Shown: positions 9,902 to 19,744 of the stretch, one piece after another
How positions within the stretch are numbered: position 1 is the first letter of the stretch
Layout of the letters: every line of letters begins with the position of its first letter
Assembly (NCBI GenBank): GCA_963836235.1
Contig: CAWIIP010000001.1
Span: 256,001 to 320,000 of the forward strand
Origin: an uncultured Pseudomonadota bacterium
Lineage (GTDB): Bacteria > Oederibacteriota > Muellerivitia > Muellerivitales > Muellerivitaceae
Length of the DNA stretch: 64,000 bases
Direction of reading: 5' to 3'
The notes under the pieces: generated by a model
Told to the model about the DNA's origin: nothing
The model's input: the letters and a program-made list of their open reading frames with translations, nothing else
The model's database searches: none
Made by a program: the position numbers and the translations under genes

Positions 9902-10945
9902 TTACTTGCCCACGGGAGTGGGCAGTCCCGCGGTGGGGATGGGGGAGGCCCCTCCCGTCACGACACGAGCCAGGGCCCAGCTGGGCGAGGCCCCGCCTTC
10001 CACGTTCAAGTTTTTCGATTCAGTGCCATTATTATTAGCCAAATAAATATTCAAGGCCACGTCCTCGCCCGTTCCATAGGAACAGTACAAGATCTTCCGG
10101 TCGTTCTGAGCGAATTTGGGACAGAGGCTTCGATTGTCATTGGTGATGTTGACGGGGTTGCCGCCGTCGGCGGCATCGATCGTATAAACCTGGGTGGTAT
10201 TCGACCGGTAAAGATTAAAGAGGATTTTTCTGCCGTCCATCGAAAAAGAGGGAGACCCGACGTTCCAATCGGTATAGGCCGTTAATTTTTTAAGGCTCTT
10301 GTCCGAGAGGGACATGGTCCAAATGTTGTAAACGTTATTGTCCAGGTCGGTGATAAAAAGAATGGATTTCCCGTCGGGAGAAAATTGGGGGCAAAGGGCT
10401 GAATGATCCAGAAGAAGGGTCTCGGGGTTGAAACCATCTGAATCCATCATCCATATGTCGCCCTCGATACTGTAAATAATTTTTTTGCCATCAAACGACC
10501 AGGACGGAGCGTCATTGACCAATAAATTTTGGTCACCGCTTTTGAGCGAATTGGTCTCATCAAACGTCAACTGAACCCGGTTTGAACCGTCAAGATTGAT
10601 TTTCCATAGGTTGTAAACACCCGAGTCGGACTTGCTGTTGCTGTCCGTATCAACCGCGTTCGACCAATAAACCACTTGACCATCCTTGGGGGAGCAAGCG
10701 GGATACCATTCGGTGCTTTTGCCGCTGGTTAAGGGCGTGGTTTGCGACGAATCCAAATCCAAACGAACCAAATGGCCTCTTTGGACAAAAACCACGCTTC
10801 CGGAAGGAAGAACGGGGGTGGGAGTGGGGACCGGTGGAGGGATATCCACTTTTTTAGGTTTGCAAGCGGTTGAAAAAACTGTTCCAAAAATAAGAACGAA
10901 AACCCATAACAAGGCCAGTTTCGAGAAGGCGGAAGAGGTTTTCAT
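9902..10945 (-). CDS. TolB-like (PD40 beta-propeller) lipoprotein
   Basis: Lipobox FSTAC; repeated P.WS.DG / P.FSPDG blades; start MKTSS chosen to avoid overlap. Confidence 0.85.
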   Translation of the reverse strand: MKTSSAFSKLALLWVFVLIFGTVFSTACKPKKVDIPPPVPTPTPVLPSGSVVFVQRGHLVRLDLDSSQTTPLTSGKSTEWYPACSPKDGQVVYWSNAVDTDSNSKSDSGVYNLWKINLDGSNRVQLTFDETNSLKSGDQNLLVNDAPSWSFDGKKIIYSIEGDIWMMDSDGFNPETLLLDHSALCPQFSPDGKSILFITDLDNNVYNIWTMSLSDKSLKKLTAYTDWNVGSPSFSMDGRKILFNLYRSNTTQVYTIDAADGGNPVNITNDNRSLCPKFAQNDRKILYCSYGTGEDVALNIYLANNNGTESKNLNVEGGASPSWALARVVTGGASPIPTAGLPTPVGK

Positions 10946-10953
10946 TTTCTGGC

Positions 10954-12264
10954 TCACTTTTTCGACCAGCAGGGGGATTGAATCCCAGTGGCGGCAATTC
11001 TTGTCTTGTTGGCTCCCGTGTGGGCGTCCATCACCCAAAGTTCCCCGGACTGGAGATAGGCTATCTTACTTCCATCTGGTGACCAGATAGCGTAGTCCAC
11101 GCCCGGTTCGGTTAAATATTTGAGACTGCCGGAATCTTTATCCGAGGCGAATTTTTCCACAATTGCCACACGATACATCATTTCAACGGGATCCTGTTTG
11201 GCTAAAACCATCAAAGTCGTCCCGGATTCGGCGGGAGAGAAGGACACCAAGGGTCCCAAAAGGGGACCGGACAAGCCGACTAAAACCTTGGGAGTAGAGG
11301 TCTGGGCCGAAGCGGAGTAAACCACGGTATTGTCCGATATATAGGCCACATCCCGGGCATCCGAAGACCATGAAATATCAGAAAGGGGAACAGAAGATTC
11401 CGCTAATTTTAGGTCGTCCCTCAAACGTGGATTAGCGAGGTTCAGGCTAAAGTATTGAACCCCCTTTTTCACCAAATAGGCCACATACCGGTTGTCGCGA
11501 TGGGGAGCCCACTCAATCGCCGAAATGGAATAATTTGTATCCACCGTGGTAAGGCTTTCCTGGGCATAGGAGTCCATTCCGATCTTCCAAACCTGGTTAT
11601 GATAATAAAAGACTATTTCATCACTGCGGGGAGACCAAGAGAAAGGTGGTTTTAGATTACTGGCGTCCACAAATCTCATATCGTCAAAAGAAGTTAATTG
11701 CAGGGTTTCTGCGGTTCCTTTTTTGAGGATGAATAAATTCATTTTTCCGTCTTTCATATCCGAAAGAAAAGCCAACCATTTTCCATTGGGTGACCAAAGT
11801 GGAAACCATGAACTGGTTCCGACCGGCGTCAATCGATTCCGATTTGTGCCGTCGGTATTCATGGTCCAAAGCGTGGGTTTACCTTGCTCAATGGTTGTAA
11901 AAGCGATTTTTTCAATTTCCTGGGGTGTCGCCGTGGGTGTGGCTGTGGTCGTATCGGTTGGTTTTGGCTTTGTGATGGTCATTTCTTCGGAAGACTCAAG
12001 GACAGGCTGCTTTGGAACGGGGTTATTTAATACCGGGGTAGGGGGAGCGGATGGAGGGGCGGCTTGGGGAAGAATGGCCGCAGGTGCCGGAATGACAGGG
12101 GAATTTACAGTTGTTTTGACAGTTTGAGCTGAAGTAACGGGTTTAAAAAAGGGAAGGGATCGTTTTCCGCATCCCGGGATATTGACGTCACATCCTGTGG
12201 AAAGGAGCAACAACAATAATAGCATTGCGGAGAAAATCGAGAGGCTTTTTAAGGTTTCGCGCAA
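10954..12264 (-). CDS. TolB-like (PD40 beta-propeller) lipoprotein with P/T linker
   Basis: Lipobox LSTGC; PLWSPNG, WSPRS, WSPDGSKIAY blades. Confidence 0.85.
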   Translation of the reverse strand: MRETLKSLSIFSAMLLLLLLLSTGCDVNIPGCGKRSLPFFKPVTSAQTVKTTVNSPVIPAPAAILPQAAPPSAPPTPVLNNPVPKQPVLESSEEMTITKPKPTDTTTATPTATPQEIEKIAFTTIEQGKPTLWTMNTDGTNRNRLTPVGTSSWFPLWSPNGKWLAFLSDMKDGKMNLFILKKGTAETLQLTSFDDMRFVDASNLKPPFSWSPRSDEIVFYYHNQVWKIGMDSYAQESLTTVDTNYSISAIEWAPHRDNRYVAYLVKKGVQYFSLNLANPRLRDDLKLAESSVPLSDISWSSDARDVAYISDNTVVYSASAQTSTPKVLVGLSGPLLGPLVSFSPAESGTTLMVLAKQDPVEMMYRVAIVEKFASDKDSGSLKYLTEPGVDYAIWSPDGSKIAYLQSGELWVMDAHTGANKTRIAATGIQSPCWSKK

Positions 12265-12355
12265 TCTTTGATCCCCAAAGGAAGTTCTTGTCGTTCACCT
12301 AATCTGGAAGGCAGTTTATGGGTTCAATCCTGAAAAGTCAACGAAATCAACGTTT

Positions 12356-13243
12356 TTAGGGGCTTGTAGACTCACTTTGCGTCTCTAAAAAGATTTGAGA
12401 ACCTTTGGTATCCCGTTTTACAAAAGCGGAAAGGTGCGGATAGCCTCGAAAGGGTTTGGGGATTTTAGTTTCCTCGCCATTTTGAATGGCCTTCACTAAA
12501 GCTGTATCCGGTTCAAGGTCGATTAGATTACCCTTGTTTACTAAATCCGAATTTTTGTCCAACAACATCGCGGCTTGCGTGGACACTTGCAGAATAAGCA
12601 GGGACGGGTCGACTAGGAGAAAAGGTTTCTCATCTTTTTGACTTTTTGGAGGAAAGGATTGGGAGGGCGGGGCTTGAGCGGGTATTGGGCCAGTAAAGTC
12701 TTTAACCGAAGGTACCGCTAGATTTTTGGACGAGGCGACCTTCCTCTTTTGCGTTAACTCCATCATTAAGCCGGTTAAGAGGGCTGACGAAAAAGCCAAA
12801 AAGCCCCAAAGAAGAGGGCCAGGCCATGGTCTATAGATTAAAATAAATTCTTTGGTATTTTGTGGGTCAACATTCGAGGAAACGCGGTAACTCCAATTGG
12901 TTGGAAAGACGAACTCCGTACCTTCCGAAATGGAGCTGGTTAGAAAATCCTGATTCCCACCCTTCGATGTCACCTTGGAGTTTACTTTGACTTGAAAAGC
13001 TCGAAGCCCGTCAAGTTTCTCGATGTTTTTGGACCAATCAATCACGGCCATATCATCTTTTAATTCTTGTGCATAGCAGAGGTGGGCGAAAGCCAATTGT
13101 CCTATTTCACCAACACGGATGATATCTTGTTGGTAAGAAAGGTTAAATCCCAGGGCAAAAGCCAAGATCGGAAAAAGAGATAATAGGATAAATCGACCGC
13201 GGTTGAGAAAGGTGAATGGATTCATAATCTTTCCTTTGGGCAC
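12356..13243 (-). CDS. Two-TM membrane protein with a degenerate C-terminal PAS-like domain
   Basis: TM-periplasmic-TM; FLLVDPSLLILQVSTQAAMLL resembles a PAS N-terminus. Confidence 0.6.
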   Translation of the reverse strand: MPKGKIMNPFTFLNRGRFILLSLFPILAFALGFNLSYQQDIIRVGEIGQLAFAHLCYAQELKDDMAVIDWSKNIEKLDGLRAFQVKVNSKVTSKGGNQDFLTSSISEGTEFVFPTNWSYRVSSNVDPQNTKEFILIYRPWPGPLLWGFLAFSSALLTGLMMELTQKRKVASSKNLAVPSVKDFTGPIPAQAPPSQSFPPKSQKDEKPFLLVDPSLLILQVSTQAAMLLDKNSDLVNKGNLIDLEPDTALVKAIQNGEETKIPKPFRGYPHLSAFVKRDTKGSQIFLETQSESTSP

Positions 13244-13305
13244 TTTAAATATAATATAATCACGTTTCGCCTAGCATTTTAACGAAATCACTGAAAGCTT
13301 CGACC

Positions 13306-14388
13306 ATGAAATCTTCCGAAAACGGACTAAAAAAAATAAGGAATGAGATCGACCGAATTGATTCAAAACTCGTCCGCCTTTTGAACGAGCGGGCGAAGAG
13401 CATTTTAAAAGTGAAGAGTCTCAAATCGAAGGCCGAAATCCATTTTTACGCTCCCCACCGGGAAAGGGAAGTTTACCAGCGTATCGCCAAGTTAAATCAG
13501 GGACCCCTGCCAATCGAGGTTCTCAATAATATTTATTGTGAAATTATGTCGGGTTCCCTTGCTCTGGAAGCCCGTTTAAAAATAGCCTATTTCGGGCAAG
13601 CGGGTTCCAACACGCATATTGCCGCCTTGCAAAAATTCGGCAATTCCACGGGTTACATCACCGGGCCCACTTTAAAAGACGTGTTCCTGGAAGTGGAGCG
13701 GGGAAGAGCCCACTATGGCGTCGTTCCAATTGAAAATTCAACGGAAGGCATGATCAACCATACATTGGATTTGTTCGTTGAATCGGATTTGAAGATTTGC
13801 TCCGAGATACTCATGCCTATTTCCCACACCCTTATGTCGAAGACCGGAGAATTGGAAAAGGTCAAAGTGGTTTATAGTCATCCCCAAGCCTTGGGGCAAT
13901 GTCGTGTATGGCTGGAAGCCAATTTGCCCGGCGTGAAAATAGTTGAAAGCGCCAGCACCTCACGGGCGGCGGAACAGGCAGCCTCCAACGCCTCCTTGGC
14001 CGCGATCGCTCCCGAATTGGCGGCGAAACTCTACAAGTTAAAACCCATCGCGAAACGCATTGAAGACATGCAAGACAACTACACCCGGTTTTTGGTAATT
14101 GGGCGGACCGCCGCGGAAAAAACAGGAAAGGACAAAACTTCCGTGATGGTTTCCATCAAAGACAAAGTTGGTGCCCTTTTTTCGCTGCTGTATCCATTTG
14201 AAAAACAGGGATTGAACCTAACTAATATTGAATCACGTCCCTCCCGAAAGAAGGCGTGGGATTATTATTTCTTCATTGATTTTCTCGGCCATATCAGTGA
14301 TCCCAAGGTTCAAACCGCCATCCAGGAAATTGAGAAGGCGTCCTTGACGATCAAGGTATTGGGTTCCTATCCCCGTTGCGAGAATTGA
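13306..14388 (+). CDS. pheA: Chorismate mutase/prephenate dehydratase (P-protein)
   Basis: IRNEIDRID (CM), VVPIENSTEG, SHPQALGQC, NYTRF, ACT domain IESRP. Confidence 0.96.
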   Translation: MKSSENGLKKIRNEIDRIDSKLVRLLNERAKSILKVKSLKSKAEIHFYAPHREREVYQRIAKLNQGPLPIEVLNNIYCEIMSGSLALEARLKIAYFGQAGSNTHIAALQKFGNSTGYITGPTLKDVFLEVERGRAHYGVVPIENSTEGMINHTLDLFVESDLKICSEILMPISHTLMSKTGELEKVKVVYSHPQALGQCRVWLEANLPGVKIVESASTSRAAEQAASNASLAAIAPELAAKLYKLKPIAKRIEDMQDNYTRFLVIGRTAAEKTGKDKTSVMVSIKDKVGALFSLLYPFEKQGLNLTNIESRPSRKKAWDYYFFIDFLGHISDPKVQTAIQEIEKASLTIKVLGSYPRCEN

Positions 14389-14433
14389 AATGCTTTACTG
14401 TCCGGAAACTCTCCGAAATAAAAAGGCCTTGAA

Positions 14434-15534
14434 ATGACTTTTCCCGTTCCTTTCCGCGATAATCTTTTAGGCATGAAGCCCTATGTCCCGGGCAAGCCCA
14501 TCGAGGAATTGGAAAGGGAACTGGGAATCAAAAACGCCTCCAAAATCGCTTCCAATGAGAATCCCCTGGGACCCTCCCCGAAAGTTTTGGACGCCCTAGG
14601 CAAGGCTTTGAACAAAATCAGCCGCTATCCGGACGGGGCGGCGCACAACCTCTCGAAAGCTTTGGGCCACTACTTGACGGTTCCCACCAATCAAATCATC
14701 CTGGGGAACGGCTCGAACGAACTTTTGGTCCTGCTGGGGCAAATGGTCCTGAATCCCGGCGACGAAGTCCTTTTCTCCGAAAACAGCTTTTTCGTTTACA
14801 CGTTGACGGCCCAACTTTTCGAGGCGGTTCCTAAAATGGTGCCCTTAAAAGATGAGACGCACGACCTCCAGGCCTTTTCCAACGCCCTCACCGCCAAAAC
14901 CCGCCTGGTTTTTATTTGTAATCCGAACAATCCCACGGGAACCATGGTGCCACTCTTGGCTATCGAGGCTTTCCTGAAAATATGTCCGAAGGAAGTCCTG
15001 GTCGTCCTGGATGAGGCCTATTACGAATATGTTGAAGAAAAAAACTACTTCGAGTCCCTTCGACTGAGGGAGAACTATCCTAATCTGGTCATTCTGCGCA
15101 CCTTTTCAAAAGCCTTCGCTTTGGCGGGATTGAGGATAGGGTATGGCGTTGCCCATCCCCAATTGGTGGAGATTTATCAAAAAACACGCCAACCCTTCAA
15201 CGTGAACAGCCTGGCCATGGTGGCCGCCGAAACCGCGCTGGCGGATACTCCCCATATGAAGAAAGCTGTAGAGTTGAACAGCCGTATGCGGAATAAACTT
15301 TTTCAGGGACTCACCCTTTTGGGACTGAAACCCACCCCGACCCACGCGAATTTCATTTATTTCAACCTCCCTTATGCCTGGGATATTTACCAGGCGCTTT
15401 TAAGGAAAGGCGTCATTGTCCGGCCCGTGGGCCCGGAGGCTTTGCGCGTTACCACAGGAACCGAAGCCGAAACAGATAATTTTCTGAAAGTATTTGGGGA
15501 GATAATGGCGCCGAAAGGGGTTCTGAAAGTCTGA
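14434..15534 (+). CDS. hisC: Histidinol-phosphate/aromatic aminotransferase
   Basis: SNENPLG, GNGSNE, NPNNPTG, DEAY, RTFSKAFALAGLRIGY. Confidence 0.95.
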   Translation: MTFPVPFRDNLLGMKPYVPGKPIEELERELGIKNASKIASNENPLGPSPKVLDALGKALNKISRYPDGAAHNLSKALGHYLTVPTNQIILGNGSNELLVLLGQMVLNPGDEVLFSENSFFVYTLTAQLFEAVPKMVPLKDETHDLQAFSNALTAKTRLVFICNPNNPTGTMVPLLAIEAFLKICPKEVLVVLDEAYYEYVEEKNYFESLRLRENYPNLVILRTFSKAFALAGLRIGYGVAHPQLVEIYQKTRQPFNVNSLAMVAAETALADTPHMKKAVELNSRMRNKLFQGLTLLGLKPTPTHANFIYFNLPYAWDIYQALLRKGVIVRPVGPEALRVTTGTEAETDNFLKVFGEIMAPKGVLKV

Positions 15535-16382
15535 TGGCACATAAAACCCAAATTACGATTGTGGGGGTGGGGCTTTTGGGCGGGTCCTTGGCGCTGGCCC
15601 TTCGAAAGCATAACGATATCAAGCTGATAGGGTGGAACCATCGGGCCGGTTCCCGGAAGAAAGCTTCCCGCTTGATCCCGGTCGCCCGAAGCTTTGAGGA
15701 AGCCGCCGAAGAGGCCGATATCCTCATTCTCTGTTCCCACCCCGCTTCCATACCGGCTTCGCTTCGCCAATTGGTCTCTTTGGTCCGGCCGCACGCGCTT
15801 ATCTTGGATGTTTCCAGCGTGAAAGGGGAAGTCGTAAGGGAAGCGAATCGGATTCCCGGAATGGGCAGGCATTTCGTTCCTTGCCATCCTATGGCCGGAA
15901 AGGAAAAGTCGGGCCCCGCTTTTGCCGATCCAGATCTTTATAGGGAAAAGACGGTTTTCCTCACGCCCCTGACTAAAAACCCAAAGAGTCTCGTCCAAAA
16001 GGCATTCCGCTTTTGGAAAAAAGTCGGCGCTATTCCCGTGATAACGGATCCTGTAGCCCACGATCGAAGCGTGGCTTTGACCAGCCACCTACCCCACGTT
16101 CTCGCGTCGGCTTTGATGGAACTTTATGGGCAAAACCAAGGCCGTTCTCCCGTTTTTAAGAAAGCGGTCGGCTCCGGATTCCGTGATTTTACCCGAATCG
16201 CCGCCGGTAATCCCTCCATGTGGGGGGATATCGTGACGATGAACGCGGGCGAAATTAAGTATTTTCTTTCCCGGTACCGCCGCCGCTTAAGCGATCTGGA
16301 AAAAAAACTTAAAAAAGGAAATGGTCGTTACTGGCTGAAATTTTTTGAAAAATCCAAGGCTCTTCGAGAACAAATACTGTGA
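15534..16382 (+). CDS. tyrA: Prephenate/arogenate dehydrogenase
   Basis: GVGLLGGS Rossmann motif, DVSSVK, HPMAG, SHLPH, GFRDFTRIA. Confidence 0.94.
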   Translation: MAHKTQITIVGVGLLGGSLALALRKHNDIKLIGWNHRAGSRKKASRLIPVARSFEEAAEEADILILCSHPASIPASLRQLVSLVRPHALILDVSSVKGEVVREANRIPGMGRHFVPCHPMAGKEKSGPAFADPDLYREKTVFLTPLTKNPKSLVQKAFRFWKKVGAIPVITDPVAHDRSVALTSHLPHVLASALMELYGQNQGRSPVFKKAVGSGFRDFTRIAAGNPSMWGDIVTMNAGEIKYFLSRYRRRLSDLEKKLKKGNGRYWLKFFEKSKALREQIL

Positions 16383-17677
16383 AAAAAATCATCATCCATA
16401 CTGTTCGATCGATCCGAGGGACTTTGACGGTGCCCGGCGACAAATCGATTTCCCATCGGGCGGTAATGCTGGGGTCCCTGGCTTATGGTAAGAGCAAGAT
16501 CGATCATTTTTTAACCTCGGAAGATTGTTTATCGACCATTGGCATTTTTAAGAAGATGGGAGTTCAAATCCGACAGGATGGGGACCGGGTAACGATCATT
16601 GGAAAGGGCTTGAATTCACTCAAACCCCCTTCCGAAATTTTAGACGCCGGCAACTCGGGGACTTCCGCCCGTATTCTACTGGGACTTTTATCGGGCCAAC
16701 CCTTCACCAGCCGACTGACAGGGGATCAGTATTTACGGCGGCGCCCCATGAAGCGGGTTGTCACGCCACTGGCCCTCATGGGAGCCCGTGTGACCGGGCC
16801 CGATGAGGGCAACTTACTTCCGCTTAAAATCGAAACCCGGAAATTGAAAGGCATCCAATACCGGCTTCCGATTGCCAGTGCCCAAGTCAAAAGCGCGATT
16901 CTCATGGCCGGCCTTTTTGCCGAAGGTAAAACCACCGTTGTCGAACCCACTCCCACCCGGGACCACACCGAAAGAATGTTCAAGGCCTTTTCGATACCTT
17001 ATTCCCGGAAAAGCCAGGGAATATCCGTGAAGGGGCCGGTGGCGCCTTTCAAAGGCCGGACGATTAATGTACCAGGGGATATTTCCTCCGCCGCTTTTTT
17101 CATCGTTGCAGGATTAATTGTGCCCAATTCAAAAATCACCTTAAAAAATGTCGGCATTAATCCCACCCGCACGGGCCTCTTGGACGTATTGAAGCAAATG
17201 AAAGCCCATATTGTGGTGTCGCCAGTGAAAACAGGCAAAGGCGAGGAGCCGATGGCCCATATCACGGCCTATTCCTCTTTTTTGAAAGGTGTTGAAATCG
17301 GAGGAAAAATCGTTCCCCGCATGATCGATGAGTTTCCCATCTTGGCGGTGGCCGCGACCCAAGCCCAGGGGACGACGATCGTTCGAAACGCGGAAGATTT
17401 GAAAGTGAAGGAATCCGACCGCATTCTCATGATGGCGGTCACCCTCAAAAAAATGGGGGCTCACATTGAACCTACCTCGGATGGATGGCTGATCACAGGG
17501 CCCACGCCTTTAAAAGGGTGCCGGCTTTCCTCCGGTGGGGACCATCGGATCGCAATGTCAATAGCCATTGCGGCTTTGATCGCGCGGGGTCCCACGACTG
17601 TTATGGACACCGAAAATATTAATACCTCCTTTCCGGGTTTTGAGCATTTACTACGAAAGGTTTCGGCCCATGAATGA
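16379..17677 (+). CDS. aroA: 3-phosphoshikimate 1-carboxyvinyltransferase
   Basis: PGDKSISHR, GNSGT, RPMKR, SAQVKSA, RDHTE, KESDR, DHRIAM. Confidence 0.97.
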   Translation: MKKIIIHTVRSIRGTLTVPGDKSISHRAVMLGSLAYGKSKIDHFLTSEDCLSTIGIFKKMGVQIRQDGDRVTIIGKGLNSLKPPSEILDAGNSGTSARILLGLLSGQPFTSRLTGDQYLRRRPMKRVVTPLALMGARVTGPDEGNLLPLKIETRKLKGIQYRLPIASAQVKSAILMAGLFAEGKTTVVEPTPTRDHTERMFKAFSIPYSRKSQGISVKGPVAPFKGRTINVPGDISSAAFFIVAGLIVPNSKITLKNVGINPTRTGLLDVLKQMKAHIVVSPVKTGKGEEPMAHITAYSSFLKGVEIGGKIVPRMIDEFPILAVAATQAQGTTIVRNAEDLKVKESDRILMMAVTLKKMGAHIEPTSDGWLITGPTPLKGCRLSSGGDHRIAMSIAIAALIARGPTTVMDTENINTSFPGFEHLLRKVSAHE

Positions 17678-18359
17678 AGTCATTATCATCGCCATTGACG
17701 GTCCGGCAGGCGCCGGGAAAAGCACGGTGGCCAAAACATTGGCGAAAAAACTTGGATTTCTTCACATTGATACCGGTGCGATGTACCGGAGCGTTACTTT
17801 GGCCGCTCTACGCCAAAAGGCGAATTTGGAAAGCGATCCGGAACTGGAGAAAATCGCCCAGGATTCGAGAATCGAACTTCGGCCTGGGGAACCTGAAAAT
17901 AAGGTGTTTTTAAACGGCGAAGAGGTGACAAAGGAAATCCGGTCGCCGGAAGTCACGAAGGCTTCGGCTCATATCGCCAACTCGGTACCGGTCCGCAAAA
18001 TTTTAGTGGCCCGGCAACAGCAAATGGGCCGGAAGGACAGTCTTTCCTATGGTGGGGCGGTTTTAGAGGGACGAGACATCGGCACCGATGTTTTTCCGGA
18101 CGCCCAGTATAAGTTTTTTCTGGACGCTTCTGTTGAGATACGCAGCCACCGGCGCCTGCGCGATTTACAAAAGGCCGGCACCCCTACGACACTCGAGCAG
18201 GTGATGGCCGAGGTTAAAGCCCGGGACGAAAGAGATTATCATCGCCCCGTTGGCGGTCTGAGAAAAACGCCCGAATCCATCGTCATGAACCATTCCGATT
18301 TAACGGTTGAGGAATCCGCCGAAGCCCTTTACCAATTCATTCGACAAAACCCGAAATAA
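17670..18359 (+). CDS. cmk: Cytidylate kinase
   Basis: IAIDGPAGAGKST, DTGAMYR, EGRDIGT. Confidence 0.96.
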   Translation: MNEVIIIAIDGPAGAGKSTVAKTLAKKLGFLHIDTGAMYRSVTLAALRQKANLESDPELEKIAQDSRIELRPGEPENKVFLNGEEVTKEIRSPEVTKASAHIANSVPVRKILVARQQQMGRKDSLSYGGAVLEGRDIGTDVFPDAQYKFFLDASVEIRSHRRLRDLQKAGTPTTLEQVMAEVKARDERDYHRPVGGLRKTPESIVMNHSDLTVEESAEALYQFIRQNPK

Positions 18360-18443
18360 TCTTTTTTTCAACAGCCAATCTCCTCCATCCGGAACTCGAA
18401 ACGATTCTTGCTGATCCATAGCTGGCATTGATGTTCTTATTGT

Positions 18444-19520
18444 ATGATGACGTATAAAGTTAAACGATATGAAGGGTTGGATCGCATGTCTTCAATAGAT
18501 AAAAAAATCAGTTACAAACTGGATAGTTCCGCTATGACCAGTTGGATCATAGCGCTGGTCCTGCTTTCCACGGGCCTTTGTTGGTTCTTCAGTCAAAATT
18601 GGAAGGCTTGTTTGGGAGTCGGTCTAATTGACGTGATTATTGTCTATCTTTCTTGGTCGGATATTTTCAATAAAACCCAGAAGGGATTTTTTGTTGAACT
18701 TCAACTTTTTCTCGTCCGCAGCCGAATTTTACCGGAAGAGTATAAAATCGTTCGCAATCCGTCGCTGCCTACCTTGGAGCAACAAAAAAATGAGCTCATG
18801 GATTTGGCCGCGGGTCAATTTCAGCAAAGCGAAAAAAAATTGACGGAAACCCGCTACATTCTGGATAAGTTTGTCGGCACCAAAGCCTCCCAATTCGCCA
18901 CCGAAAAAGGACGGCAAGCGGTTTGGGAGGGGGAATTAACGAGGGCCATCGTCCTTTTTTCCGACGTTCGGGGTTTTACGAGCATGACGGAAAAGTTGAA
19001 GCCCCAGGAAACCATTCGTTATCTCAACCGCATGTTCACGGAATTCGAGGAAGTCATCGCCTTTTCGGGCGGGGAAATCAATAAATTTATCGGGGACGCT
19101 CTTTTGGCTTATTTTCCATTTCCGCAAGAATCAGCGAATGGAGCGGTTAAAAAATCCCTTTTGGCGGCTCTGCGAATGCAAGATGCTTTTCATCAAATAC
19201 AGGTAAATTTCCGCGAAAATTACAGCGAAACGATCCATACCGGCTTAGGGATCGGGCTGACCGGGGGGGATGTCATTATCGGTAACTTGGGTTCGGCCCG
19301 CCGAATGGAATTTACTCTCATTGGGGATACCGTTAATTTCGCTTCCCGCCTTTGTTCCATCGCGGAAGACGGCCAGATCCTGATCAATCAAGACTTGGCG
19401 CTTATCGCGGGGGATATGTTCCGGATGGAGGCTTTGGAACCGATTCGAATAAAGGGCAAAAGCGGGACCCATCGTCCTTATTCGGTCATGGGCGAAAAAC
19501 TGCAACCCGGGTTGGCCTAA
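18444..19520 (+). CDS. Membrane-anchored class III adenylate cyclase
   Basis: FSDVRGFT, KFIGDA, FTLIGDTVNFASRL (Lys/Thr specificity residues typical of class IIIb); two N-terminal TM helices. Confidence 0.9.
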   Translation: MMTYKVKRYEGLDRMSSIDKKISYKLDSSAMTSWIIALVLLSTGLCWFFSQNWKACLGVGLIDVIIVYLSWSDIFNKTQKGFFVELQLFLVRSRILPEEYKIVRNPSLPTLEQQKNELMDLAAGQFQQSEKKLTETRYILDKFVGTKASQFATEKGRQAVWEGELTRAIVLFSDVRGFTSMTEKLKPQETIRYLNRMFTEFEEVIAFSGGEINKFIGDALLAYFPFPQESANGAVKKSLLAALRMQDAFHQIQVNFRENYSETIHTGLGIGLTGGDVIIGNLGSARRMEFTLIGDTVNFASRLCSIAEDGQILINQDLALIAGDMFRMEALEPIRIKGKSGTHRPYSVMGEKLQPGLA

Positions 19521-19744
19521 TTATTATTTGAAATAGATGATCCGCTATCGCAGTTATTCGGGTTCCTGAATTTACCCAAAAACAAGAAAATGAAGCTTTG
19601 TCCGGATCCGATAGGGCTTTTTGAACAGGCTTGTTCTCCGAAGCTTGCGAAACGGAGTAATTTACCTTTAAATACACTTTCTTTTACCCGGTGGGCCATT
19701 CCATCGCGGTTGGATCGAAAGGATGTTCAATTTAAAGGAATCCC

